From positions 288,001-352,000 of the forward strand of contig CAWBZI010000004.1 of NCBI GenBank assembly GCA_963793265.1: a stretch of 64,000 nucleotides of DNA, in the 5' to 3' direction. A program made the position numbers and the translations under genes. The stretch comes from an uncultured cyanobacterium. GTDB taxonomy: Bacteria > Cyanobacteriota > Cyanobacteriia > Phormidesmidales > Phormidesmidaceae. Every line of letters starts with the position of its first letter. Position 1 is the first letter of the stretch. Below the pieces are notes generated by a model. That model did not search any database. It worked only from the letters and a program-made list of their open reading frames with translations, and was not told the DNA's origin. This document shows positions 31,543 through 40,450 of the stretch, piece by piece.

Positions 31543-31929
31543 ATGGCTGACCCCCACAACAAGGCTGACATCTACAACATTCATATTCACGACCGGCAAA
31601 AAAATAAGTCTTATACGGTTCAGGTGCCGAGCGATCGCTACATTCTCCAAGCTGCCGAAAATCAAACCGCCGACCTACCTTTTGCCTGCCGCAACGGTGC
31701 CTGTACAACCTGCGCGGTGCGTGTGCTCTCAGGCGAGCTAGTGCAAAATGAAGCGATGGGTCTTTCGCCTGACTTGCGTGAGGAGGGCTACGCGCTGCTG
31801 TGCGTGAGCTATCCGCGCAGCGACTTGGAGGTGGAGACTCAGGATGAAGATGAGGTGTATGAGCTTCAGTTTGGGCGGTACTTTGGTAAGGGTAAGGTGC
31901 GGTTTGGAATGCCGATTGAGGACGATTAA
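31543..31929 (+). CDS. fed2: 2Fe-2S ferredoxin with C-terminal extension (Fed2/FdC2 type)
   Basis: CRNGACTTC...LLC cluster ligands and DEDEVYELQFGRYF tail. Confidence 0.85.
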   Translation: MADPHNKADIYNIHIHDRQKNKSYTVQVPSDRYILQAAENQTADLPFACRNGACTTCAVRVLSGELVQNEAMGLSPDLREEGYALLCVSYPRSDLEVETQDEDEVYELQFGRYFGKGKVRFGMPIEDD

Positions 31930-31940
31930 GCGTTGTGGCG

Positions 31941-31993
31941 TAGTTGCTGGAGCCCTCACCCCAACCCTCTCCCGAGGGGAGAGGGAGCCGGAG
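31941..31993 (+). repeat. Left arm of the inverted repeat flanking the DUF559 gene; contains hairpin CCCTCTCCC-GAG-GGGAGAGGG
   Basis: 48 of 56 aligned columns identical to the reverse complement of 32444-32499. Confidence 0.9.
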
Positions 31994-32027
31994 CTGGAGA
32001 TTGTGTCAGTTTTAGGGCTTGAGTTAG

Positions 32028-32399
32028 CTACAGATATAAACAAATTTTCTCTAGGACAGCGCGTAGACACTGCCAAACAAATTCGTTTTCAAACCGTAGA
32101 ACAGTTAGCCCGATTGCTGTCATCCACTCGTCTCTGTCTGCATCCTTTTCTCTCTGTCTCTGATGGACACTGCCATCTAGCTCAACGACTAGCTTGGCCT
32201 CGTGACAGTAAAAATCCACAATAAACTGTCCGATGTTATGCTGCCTCCGAAACTTAGCACCACACAACTGCCGCTTTCGTAAACACATCCATAGGAGCTG
32301 CTCCGTAGACGTTTGATCTTTTCTTAGTTCGCGAGCCCGTAGCAGCAACACCTCAGGTATCCGCCTATATCGCCCTGTCAATCCAGAATTCAGTTCCAT
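32028..32399 (-). CDS. DUF559 / Vsr-like endonuclease domain protein
   Basis: RARELRK..T..E..LW..LR, KFRRQH, FIVDFYC, LVVELDGSVH, D..RD, GLTVLRF.N. Confidence 0.9.
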   Translation of the reverse strand: MELNSGLTGRYRRIPEVLLLRARELRKDQTSTEQLLWMCLRKRQLCGAKFRRQHNIGQFIVDFYCHEAKLVVELDGSVHQRQREKDADRDEWMTAIGLTVLRFENEFVWQCLRAVLEKICLYL

Positions 32400-32443
32400 A
32401 CATCCAAAATACCCACCCCCTACTCCACCAGTCCTCTTCTCCC

Positions 32444-32499
32444 CTCCGGTTCCCTTCTCCCCTCGGGAGAAGGGCTAGGGATGAGGGCCGCAGCAACTA
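32444..32499 (-). repeat. Right arm of the inverted repeat flanking the DUF559 gene; hairpin CCCTTCTCCC-GAG-GGGAGAAGGG
   Basis: Reverse-complement match to 31941-31993. Confidence 0.9.
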
Positions 32500-32518
32500 A
32501 CTCGCCCCACCAACACTC

Positions 32519-33346
32519 ATGCCTTATTCCCCCACTGACCTCCAACGCTTCCTTTATGTCGCCACCGAGGCCGCATCAGCTGGGGGCGCAGTCCTCCAGC
32601 ACTACTGGGGCAACCTTTCTAATATTCAATCCAAAGGTCGCCCTGGCGATTTGGTCACTGAAGCCGATAAAGCCGCTGAGAAAGAAGTGCTTTCCGTCCT
32701 GCGCCTCCACTTTCCAGACCACGCTATCCTTGCCGAAGAGTCAGGCAGTATCGGCACCGAAACAGACGGTCTTCTCTGGGCTGTAGACCCCCTAGACGGC
32801 ACGACTAACTACACTCACCAGTATCCCTTCTGCGGCTGTTCAGTCGGTCTGCTCATCGACGGCAAGCCTGCTGTCGGCGCAATCTTTGATCCTGTGCACA
32901 ATCACCTCTTCCGCGCTGCTAAAGGACTAGGTGCAACCTGCAATCGCGAACCCATTAGCGTTTCGAGCACCCAAACCCTGGCCGATAGCCTGCTGGTTAC
33001 TGGCTTTGGCTACGACCGCCGCGAGACGATAGACAATAACTACGCTGAATTTTGCCATCTTACGCACCTTACTCAGGGCGTCCGTCGGGGTGGGGCTGCT
33101 TCTATTGACTTGGCCTATGTGGCCTGTGGGCGCTTGGATGGCTACTGGGAAAGGGGGCTTTCGCCGTGGGATATCGCCGCAGGGGTCGTTTTAGTAGAGG
33201 AGGCCGGTGGGCTGGTGACGGCTTATGACCAGAGCCCGTTTGACATTAAGTCGGGTCGGATTGTAGCGACCAATACAAAGATACATGGCGAGCTAAGTGA
33301 CGCATTGGGCCTGGTGAAGCCGCTAGCGCGATTTAAACCGGTGTAG
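32519..33346 (+). CDS. suhB: Inositol monophosphatase family protein
   Basis: DLVTEAD, WAVDPLDGTTNY, WDIAAG. Confidence 0.92.
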   Translation: MPYSPTDLQRFLYVATEAASAGGAVLQHYWGNLSNIQSKGRPGDLVTEADKAAEKEVLSVLRLHFPDHAILAEESGSIGTETDGLLWAVDPLDGTTNYTHQYPFCGCSVGLLIDGKPAVGAIFDPVHNHLFRAAKGLGATCNREPISVSSTQTLADSLLVTGFGYDRRETIDNNYAEFCHLTHLTQGVRRGGAASIDLAYVACGRLDGYWERGLSPWDIAAGVVLVEEAGGLVTAYDQSPFDIKSGRIVATNTKIHGELSDALGLVKPLARFKPV

Positions 33347-33511
33347 GACGGCGATCACTAGACGGGCGATCGCTTGACTAAAATATTGGTCATTGGAAAA
33401 AAGATACCTATTTTGCGTGCTAGATCCGCAATCTATCCGTAGTATTACTTAATGCAGAGATGCCGCATTCATTAAAGCGGCCTGATGTTAAGTGCTGTGG
33501 ATACGTTTTTT

Positions 33512-34558
33512 ATGTTCCTTAATTCGATCAATCATTTTCGGGCGATCGCAATTGTTTTAATCGTCGCAGGACACGCTTTTTATCCGGTAGATGCCAGCTT
33601 CAACACGCTACCCGAGCAGGTATTCGGAAATCTTATCGCCGGAGGAACCGCGCTCTTTGTGTTTATCTCCGGCTTTTTATTCCACCACATTTTTTACAAA
33701 CGCTATAAGTTCAACAAGTTCATAACAGGCAAGCTCAAAAAAGTTCTCTTGCCCTACACGATCCTCTCGATTGTTCCTATTTTGATGCTTGTCTTGCGAA
33801 AGGATTCCTATTACGACGTTTACGATCCGCAGGGCGTCGGTTTTGTTAATACGTATCTCATTCCAGCGTTCAAATACTACATAACTGGCGGCTTTCTTAC
33901 AGCCTACTGGTATATTCCGTTTGCGATGGTGCTCTTTCTGATGTCGCCGCTACACGTAGCGTTCATTAAAGCAAAGTTTAATCGTCAATGCGTGATTACA
34001 TTTGTTCTCTTTTCAGCTTCTCTTTTTCTCCACCGGCCCGTAGACGACATTCTAATTCTTCAAGCTGTTGTTTACTTCATGCCCTTTTACTTGCTGGGCA
34101 TTATGTGTTCACAAAAAAAAGACACTATCTATTCAAAATTTAAGAACAAAGAAGTCTTGTTTTTGCTTGCTGCCCTTGTCCTCGCCACGCTGCAAGCGTC
34201 CTCAGGCGAGGTAGGCAACTACCACAAACCACCAATGCTCTATCAGGGCATCGATTTAATGGTGCCTCAAAAGATAGCGCTATGTTTGTTCTTTGTCATA
34301 TGGCTTCATCGCTTTGAAAAGCTGAACTCAAAATATATTAACGTGCTGGCTTCTACAAGCTTTGCTATTTACTTTATGCACGCATACTTACTCCTGTTTA
34401 TCAGAGAGGCTATGGACATAGCAGGTATTGTGAGCGTTGAGAGCCCTTGGTTGTGGTATCCCGTTGTTACGGTCGGGATGATCTTTGTCTCTCTGGCACT
34501 GGCACTAGGTATCAAAAAGCTTTTACCGAACTATAGCCGTTATCTGATCGGTTACTGA
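33512..34558 (+). CDS. Acyltransferase family 3 (OafA-like) membrane protein, copy 1
   Basis: FRAIAI..V..H, FVFISGFL, YWYIP, SFAIYFMH; about 10 TM; ATG 33512 chosen by match to the paralogue. Confidence 0.85.
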   Translation: MFLNSINHFRAIAIVLIVAGHAFYPVDASFNTLPEQVFGNLIAGGTALFVFISGFLFHHIFYKRYKFNKFITGKLKKVLLPYTILSIVPILMLVLRKDSYYDVYDPQGVGFVNTYLIPAFKYYITGGFLTAYWYIPFAMVLFLMSPLHVAFIKAKFNRQCVITFVLFSASLFLHRPVDDILILQAVVYFMPFYLLGIMCSQKKDTIYSKFKNKEVLFLLAALVLATLQASSGEVGNYHKPPMLYQGIDLMVPQKIALCLFFVIWLHRFEKLNSKYINVLASTSFAIYFMHAYLLLFIREAMDIAGIVSVESPWLWYPVVTVGMIFVSLALALGIKKLLPNYSRYLIGY

Positions 34559-34678
34559 TCTAATAAACACGATTCGTCTATACCTGATGAATTTTGATGC
34601 CTGTTTCGGGCACTAAGTCCTGTTTGTCTGGTCTTGTTAATAACAGCTATCTACTGCTAGCACATCGTCACAGAGTTC

Positions 34679-35722
34679 ATGTTTCTAAATTCTATTAACC
34701 ACTTCAGAGCGATCGCAATCATTATCATCGTAGGAGGACACTGCTTTTACACTGCAGACATCACCTTTGACACGCTATTAGAGCGAGTTATTTTCAACTT
34801 TGTCACAGGGGGCACCGCTCTCTTCGTTTTTATTTCCGGCTTTCTTTTTCACTACGTCTTTTATAAACGGTACAGCTTCAAAAAGTTTATGAAAGGCAAA
34901 ATTAGAAAGGTGCTTTTGCCATACACGCTTTTATCAATCGCGCCTATCTTTTTACTGGTATCGCAGCAATACGCGCAGTACAGCTTTTACGAGCCACAGG
35001 GTAGCGGCATTGTAAACGTCTACATTATTCCTGCACTCAAGTACTACTTCACTGGCCGGTTTATGCTGGCCTACTGGTACATTCCCTTCATTATGATGAC
35101 TTTTTTGATCTCGCCGCTGCACGTCGCGTTTATCAAAATGAAGACCAAGTATCAAATCCTGATTACTTTTGTGCTGTTTGTTGTTTCGCTTTTTTTGCAC
35201 CGACCGACCGATGAAATTCTAATTGCTCAGGCTGTTGTCTATTTCTCATCCGTTTATTTGTTAGGCATTATCTGCTCACAAAAAAGAGAGTTTATTTATG
35301 CAAAACTGAAAAATACAGAGATTTACTTTTTGGGGTTTGCGATTATCGCTGCCTATGTGCAAGCAGTCTTAGGCAGCACGGGCGGCTACTACAAGTCGCC
35401 TTTGGCTTATGGCGGCTTAGACATTATGCTGCTCCAAAAAGTCTCGCTGTGCTTTTTCTTTATGGTTTGGCTGCACCGCTTTGAGCATCTGAACCCCAAA
35501 TATCTCAACGCGATCGCCTCTACTAGCTTTGCTATCTATTTCACTCACGGCTTCGTGATGTCAGTGATAAACAAAGCTAGAGAAATTCTGGGTATCAGCA
35601 TTGATAGTCCGTGGCTTTGGTACCCTTTCATTACCGTAGGCGTGATATTAGCCTGCACATTGTTAGCGATCGCCCTCAAACGGCTTCTCCCCAACTACAG
35701 CCGGTACATCATCGGCTACTGA
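34679..35722 (+). CDS. Acyltransferase family 3 membrane protein, copy 2 (tandem paralogue)
   Basis: Same motifs; first 14 residues identical to copy 1. Confidence 0.85.
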   Translation: MFLNSINHFRAIAIIIIVGGHCFYTADITFDTLLERVIFNFVTGGTALFVFISGFLFHYVFYKRYSFKKFMKGKIRKVLLPYTLLSIAPIFLLVSQQYAQYSFYEPQGSGIVNVYIIPALKYYFTGRFMLAYWYIPFIMMTFLISPLHVAFIKMKTKYQILITFVLFVVSLFLHRPTDEILIAQAVVYFSSVYLLGIICSQKREFIYAKLKNTEIYFLGFAIIAAYVQAVLGSTGGYYKSPLAYGGLDIMLLQKVSLCFFFMVWLHRFEHLNPKYLNAIASTSFAIYFTHGFVMSVINKAREILGISIDSPWLWYPFITVGVILACTLLAIALKRLLPNYSRYIIGY

Positions 35723-36055
35723 CATGCCGCTCAGGTATCTATCAAAGCCTGCTAAATCGTAGACGGCGAAGCTGCCTGAACAGAATTCAACTGCATACCA
35801 AAGATAAATCTGTTTTTGTATCACCGTTTACAAAGGTAATTTCTTTAATAAGCTAGTGTCTGGCACTAATCTCTAGATATTTCCATGAGTAGACAGTCAA
35901 CAAAAGTGGTAATTTGTGAAGTCTCCTTCTCAAATTATTAAGAATTATATCCTGAGGAACATTCCCCTTTTTGTATTCTGAAGTGACTATGAAAGGCACA
36001 AACTTACCACTCAGCTTTAGCTTTTAATCTGGCTTCTAAAAGGAGCCATCTGGTT

Positions 36056-37534
36056 ATGTCTGTTCCCCATGGCGTGATGATGCAGTTCTTTCACTGGTAT
36101 ATAAAACCAGACGGCTCGCTTTGGAATGAGCTATCTCAGAAAGCCGATGAGCTAGCTACAGCCGGGATCACGTCCGTATGGCTACCGCCCGCCTATAAAG
36201 GTTCGACAGGTGGCTTAGACGTGGGCTACAGCGTTTATGACCGGTACGACTTAGGCGAATTCGACCAAAAGGGCTCTGTTCGTACTAAGTACGGTACTCG
36301 CGACGAATATATAAGCGCTGTTAAAGCGGCTAAGCGCTCTGGGATCGCTGTGTATGCTGACGTGGTGCTAAACCACATGATGGGCGCAGACAATCAAGAA
36401 GAATTTAAGGCGACGCCTCATGATCCTGAAGATAGGCCTCAGGCGATTGGGGATGAGGCGACGATTAAAAGCTGGACTCACTTCACGTTTCCCGGTCGCC
36501 AGGGCAAGTATTCTGATCTCGAATGGCACTGGTGGCACTTTAACGCGACGGATCATAATGACTACGAGCCCGAAAACTTTGAAGCTGTTTATCTTTTTGA
36601 AGGAAAGTCTTTTGACGATCAGGTTGATTTGGAGAAAGGCAGCTTTGACTATCTAATGGGCTGCGATTTGGACGTTAACAATCCTGAAGTGGCCGATGCG
36701 CTTAAGCAGTGGGGCGAATGGTATGTAGACACTATCGACCTTGACGGCTTTCGATTTGACGCGGTTAAGCACGTACGCGCCGGGTTTTTCCCGCAGTGGC
36801 TAAACCACGTGCAGCGCTACAGCGGTCGCTTCCTTTTTTCAGTCGGTGAATATTGGTCAGGCGATATCAACGCGCTGCACCGATTTATCGACCTTACCGA
36901 TGACATGGTGACGCTGTTTGACGCCCCTTTGCACTACAACTTTCACAAAGCCAGCTTGCAGGGCAGCAGCTACGATATGTCTGCCATTTTCAAAGACACC
37001 CTGGTAGAAAGCCGCCCTGACTTAGCGGTTACCTTAGTCGATAACCACGATTCTCAACCCTTACAGTCTCTAGAATCTGTTGTAGAGCCCTGGTTCAAGC
37101 CGCTGGCCTACGCGCTTATTTTGCTCAGGCAAGATGGCTATCCCTGCATTTTCTATGCCGACTACTACGGCGCACACTATTCTGATATTGGCGACGATGG
37201 GAACGAACACGAGATCTTTCTCGACAGCCATCAGTGGCTTATTGACAAGTTCTTAGAGGCCAGACGCACTTACGGCTATGGAGAGCAGCACGACTACTTT
37301 GACCATGTGAATACGGTGGGCTGGACGCGACTAGGCACTGAACAGAATCCGGGTGGGATGGCGGTTGTGCTCAGCAATGGCGAGGCGGGTACGAAGTGGA
37401 TGAATGTAGGCGTACCTAACTGCTCGTATGTCGATATCACCGAGCATGTTAGTGAGCCTGTCACTACAGATGATGAAGGCTGGGCTAATTTTTGCTGTGA
37501 AGCGGGATCTGTTTCTGTGTGGGTGCCTCAATAG
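36056..37534 (+). CDS. Cytoplasmic alpha-amylase (GH13, AmyA-like)
   Basis: MMQFFHWY, DLGEFDQKGSVRTKYG, DVVLNH, GFRFDAVKH, GEYW, VDNHD. Confidence 0.93.
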   Translation: MSVPHGVMMQFFHWYIKPDGSLWNELSQKADELATAGITSVWLPPAYKGSTGGLDVGYSVYDRYDLGEFDQKGSVRTKYGTRDEYISAVKAAKRSGIAVYADVVLNHMMGADNQEEFKATPHDPEDRPQAIGDEATIKSWTHFTFPGRQGKYSDLEWHWWHFNATDHNDYEPENFEAVYLFEGKSFDDQVDLEKGSFDYLMGCDLDVNNPEVADALKQWGEWYVDTIDLDGFRFDAVKHVRAGFFPQWLNHVQRYSGRFLFSVGEYWSGDINALHRFIDLTDDMVTLFDAPLHYNFHKASLQGSSYDMSAIFKDTLVESRPDLAVTLVDNHDSQPLQSLESVVEPWFKPLAYALILLRQDGYPCIFYADYYGAHYSDIGDDGNEHEIFLDSHQWLIDKFLEARRTYGYGEQHDYFDHVNTVGWTRLGTEQNPGGMAVVLSNGEAGTKWMNVGVPNCSYVDITEHVSEPVTTDDEGWANFCCEAGSVSVWVPQ

Positions 37535-37610
37535 ATAGAAGGGCTATAGGTCGATTGTGATCGCGGGCATTCTGAGCCCACGACCTTTACCGCAACTTTA
37601 AAAACTGGCT

Positions 37611-38519
37611 ATGACAATTAAAGAAGGGCTTTTCAAGCTTGATGTGACCGACCACCACGCCGTCCTTGGATTTTCCTTAGCTGAAGCGCCTAAAAAAGTG
37701 CGTAAGCGCTATTTGAAAATTGCGCGTAAGCTGCATCCTGATAGCTTGAGAGGGGCTTCGGATGAGCAGAAGAAGCTGGCGAGTGATCTGCTTTCTAAGC
37801 AGGTAAATCCGGCCTATGAAGCGCTGAGCCAGGAAAAGTCGGCAAAAGAGCACAGCATTCTTTTGAAGATGAAGCAGGAGCAGTTGGTGGCTCGGCCCAT
37901 TTTGCTTTCGGCCAAGAGTGAGGCGGCGAAAAAGCTGCTGGGTACGAGTAATTTGGAGCAGGACTATTCGGCGGCGCTGCAAAGAATTGCGGCGGAGCAG
38001 TTTGAGGATTTGACGCGGGTGGAGGCGGCGATCGCACAAATCAGCGAACTCAACGCCGTCTACTTAATGCGTAAGGGAACTGTCGGTGAAAAAGCGCCCA
38101 AGATGGGTGGCGGTGCTACAAAAGAATCAGCTAGCGCCTCAGAAGAAGCCCCGCGTCGCCCGCGTCACGAGGCGATTATTGAGAGCTATATGGGCCGCGC
38201 TAAAGAATTTGAGTATAAACGGGACTACTCTCGCGCTATTTTAGAACTGCGAGAAGCGATCGCTGCTCACCCCCAAAGCGCACCTTGTCACGGCTACCTA
38301 TCTAGTCTTTATCTCAAATCTGGGCAGGACACCCTGGCAAAAATTCACGCCAAGCGGGCCTTAGCCTTTGATGATAAAAACGAGATGGCCCAGGCAGTAC
38401 AGACCAAACTCGATGCTAAAGCAGCCAAATCTGCACCGGCAAAAGGTAAAGCTAGCAAAGGAGGTGCGAAGAAAAGTGGCGGTCTTTTGAGCGGACTGTT
38501 TGGTGCAAAAAAGGGATAA
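37611..38519 (+). CDS. J-domain protein with TPR-like C-terminal region
   Basis: YLKIARKLHPD, VNPAYEAL; TPR-like helices. Confidence 0.85.
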   Translation: MTIKEGLFKLDVTDHHAVLGFSLAEAPKKVRKRYLKIARKLHPDSLRGASDEQKKLASDLLSKQVNPAYEALSQEKSAKEHSILLKMKQEQLVARPILLSAKSEAAKKLLGTSNLEQDYSAALQRIAAEQFEDLTRVEAAIAQISELNAVYLMRKGTVGEKAPKMGGGATKESASASEEAPRRPRHEAIIESYMGRAKEFEYKRDYSRAILELREAIAAHPQSAPCHGYLSSLYLKSGQDTLAKIHAKRALAFDDKNEMAQAVQTKLDAKAAKSAPAKGKASKGGAKKSGGLLSGLFGAKKG

Positions 38520-39773
38520 ATGCCAGAAGGAAATAGCTACCAGCCCCCCACGGGTGGCCGAGATTTACTGCCGCTAGACGTGGTGCAAAAGCGTTGGATT
38601 GAAGACCGGCTGGAGCAAGTTTTTCATCGCTGGGGCTATCACCGTATCATCACCTCTACGGTAGAGACGATGGATACGCTGATGGCGGGCGGCGCGATTG
38701 AGCGGATTGAGGTGATTGAGCTGCAAATGTCTCAGCTCGGTGGTGCGCGGCTAGGACTGCGCCCAGAGCTAACCGCTTCGATTGCGCGAGCGGCGGTAAC
38801 GCGGCTGGCCTCGGTGACCTACCCGCAAAGGCTCTATTACAATGCCAACGTTTTTCGGCGTACGGCCCAAGGCTCTCGGGGCGGTCAGCAAGAATATCAT
38901 CAGGCGGGCATAGAGCTACTGGGCGCAAGCGGAGTGATGGCAGATGCCGAAGCGGTGCTGCTAGTGGCGGACTGCCTGAGCGCGCTGGATTTGACAGACA
39001 CTCGCATTGTGCTGGGAGAGGCGGCGCTGACCTATTCGCTACTAAAAGCTTTTCCTGAAGATATTCGTGAGACGGTACGGCATCATGTAGCGGCGCTGGA
39101 TTTTGTGGCACTAGCAGAGATGGCGCTACCGGATAACTTGCAGGATTTAGTGTCGCGTTTGCTAGGCTTGCGCGGCAAGCCTAAAGCGGTGCTCTCTAAG
39201 CTAAGCGAGTTTGATTTAGATGACGAGCAGCGGGCGATTGTTGATCGGCTGAAGTCGTTGATAGCGCTTTTAGATTTAGAGCGTGAGCAGGGTATTGCGG
39301 TACCGACTGTGGTTTTGGACTTGAGCCTGATTCGGCCCTTTGATTACTACACGGGCATCGTGTTTGAAGTGGTGAGTAACGGTCGGCCTCAGGCGCTAGG
39401 GCAAGGTGGCCGCTATGACGACTTGCTTTCGGTATACGACGCGCGTGATGGCGGTGAGGCGAAGGGCTTTCCGGGGATTGGCTTTGTGATGAATATTGAG
39501 CGGTTGCAGCAGGAGCTATTGCCGAGCGGGCAGCTTCCGAGCGATATTCCACCGACGGACTGGCTGATTGTGCCGCAGGGTGAGGCGGCGGCAGCAGCAG
39601 CGCTGGCCTATGCGCAAAAGGCGCGGCAGTCTGAGAATACGGTGCGGGTGGAGATGAATTTGGATTTGGCGCAGTCGGCGGATGAGGTGCGGGCGATCGC
39701 GCGTAAGCGAAACATTAGTCGAATCGCCTGGATCTCGGCTGAGGGCTTGCCCGATATTGAGGTTGTTCACTAA
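38520..39773 (+). CDS. hisZ: ATP phosphoribosyltransferase regulatory subunit
   Basis: PPTGGRDLLP, LRPELTASIAR, QAGIEL, DYYTGIVF, GGRYD. Confidence 0.92.
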   Translation: MPEGNSYQPPTGGRDLLPLDVVQKRWIEDRLEQVFHRWGYHRIITSTVETMDTLMAGGAIERIEVIELQMSQLGGARLGLRPELTASIARAAVTRLASVTYPQRLYYNANVFRRTAQGSRGGQQEYHQAGIELLGASGVMADAEAVLLVADCLSALDLTDTRIVLGEAALTYSLLKAFPEDIRETVRHHVAALDFVALAEMALPDNLQDLVSRLLGLRGKPKAVLSKLSEFDLDDEQRAIVDRLKSLIALLDLEREQGIAVPTVVLDLSLIRPFDYYTGIVFEVVSNGRPQALGQGGRYDDLLSVYDARDGGEAKGFPGIGFVMNIERLQQELLPSGQLPSDIPPTDWLIVPQGEAAAAAALAYAQKARQSENTVRVEMNLDLAQSADEVRAIARKRNISRIAWISAEGLPDIEVVH

Positions 39774-39808
39774 GCTTGATAAGGCAAATTATTTTTAGGC
39801 GAGAAAAA

Positions 39809-40036
39809 ATGTCCCACACGATTGTGACCGACGTTTGTGAAGGCGTTGCCGACTGCGTAGATGCTTGTCCGGTCGCCTGTATTGATGAAGGCCCAGGTAA
39901 GAATAAGAAGGGTACTGACTGGTACTGGATTGATTTTGACACCTGTATCGACTGCGGCATTTGTTTGCAGGTGTGCCCGGTAGAAGGCGCGATTTTGCCG
40001 GAAGAAAAGCCTGAATTGCAGCAAACGCCTGGATAA
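39809..40036 (+). CDS. Bacterial-type (7Fe/8Fe) ferredoxin
   Basis: CEGVADCVDACP and CIDCGICLQVCP; 75 aa from ATG 39809. Confidence 0.9.
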   Translation: MSHTIVTDVCEGVADCVDACPVACIDEGPGKNKKGTDWYWIDFDTCIDCGICLQVCPVEGAILPEEKPELQQTPG

Positions 40037-40049
40037 AGAACATAGGTAC

Positions 40050-40075
40050 GTAGGGGCATAGCATTGCTATGCCCC
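40050..40075. repeat. GTAG-tagged REP-like palindrome
   Basis: GTA-GGGGCATAGCA-T-TGCTATGCCCC. Confidence 0.6.
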
Positions 40076-40450
40076 CATAGTGAACACGGCTATAAACAAC
40101 ATTCTATTAATACGTATATTTCCAATTAATTTGTTCTAAGTCTTACACATCAAATCAACTTTCTTCTATAGAGTTCTCTCCTCCTTTCGGAGTAGTTCCC
40201 GGATGCAAATCAGCGTAGTTCGGCTCAATTCTAGTATGGTTTCCGTATGCAAGATATATTTCATACGGATTAGGACACTGCTGCCTACAGGCATTAGAGT
40301 AGTAGCAGAAACACGTATTCAAGCGCGTTTTGCTGTAAGGAATGATACGCCTTAGAGCGGGTGCAAAATCTTAACCATTGACAACAGATGTGGACTTCCT
40401 TTAAGAAGTTGCGCACTGTTTTACACGCATTTTTTTAATACCAATATTCC

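Noticed and set aside
31295..31741. 148-aa ORF spanning the tRNA
   Set aside because: Overlaps tRNA-Ser and fed2; spurious.
34113..34120. A8 tract in acyltransferase copy 1 as a phase-variation switch
   Set aside because: Short, encodes QKK in an AT-rich gene, frame intact; expected by chance.
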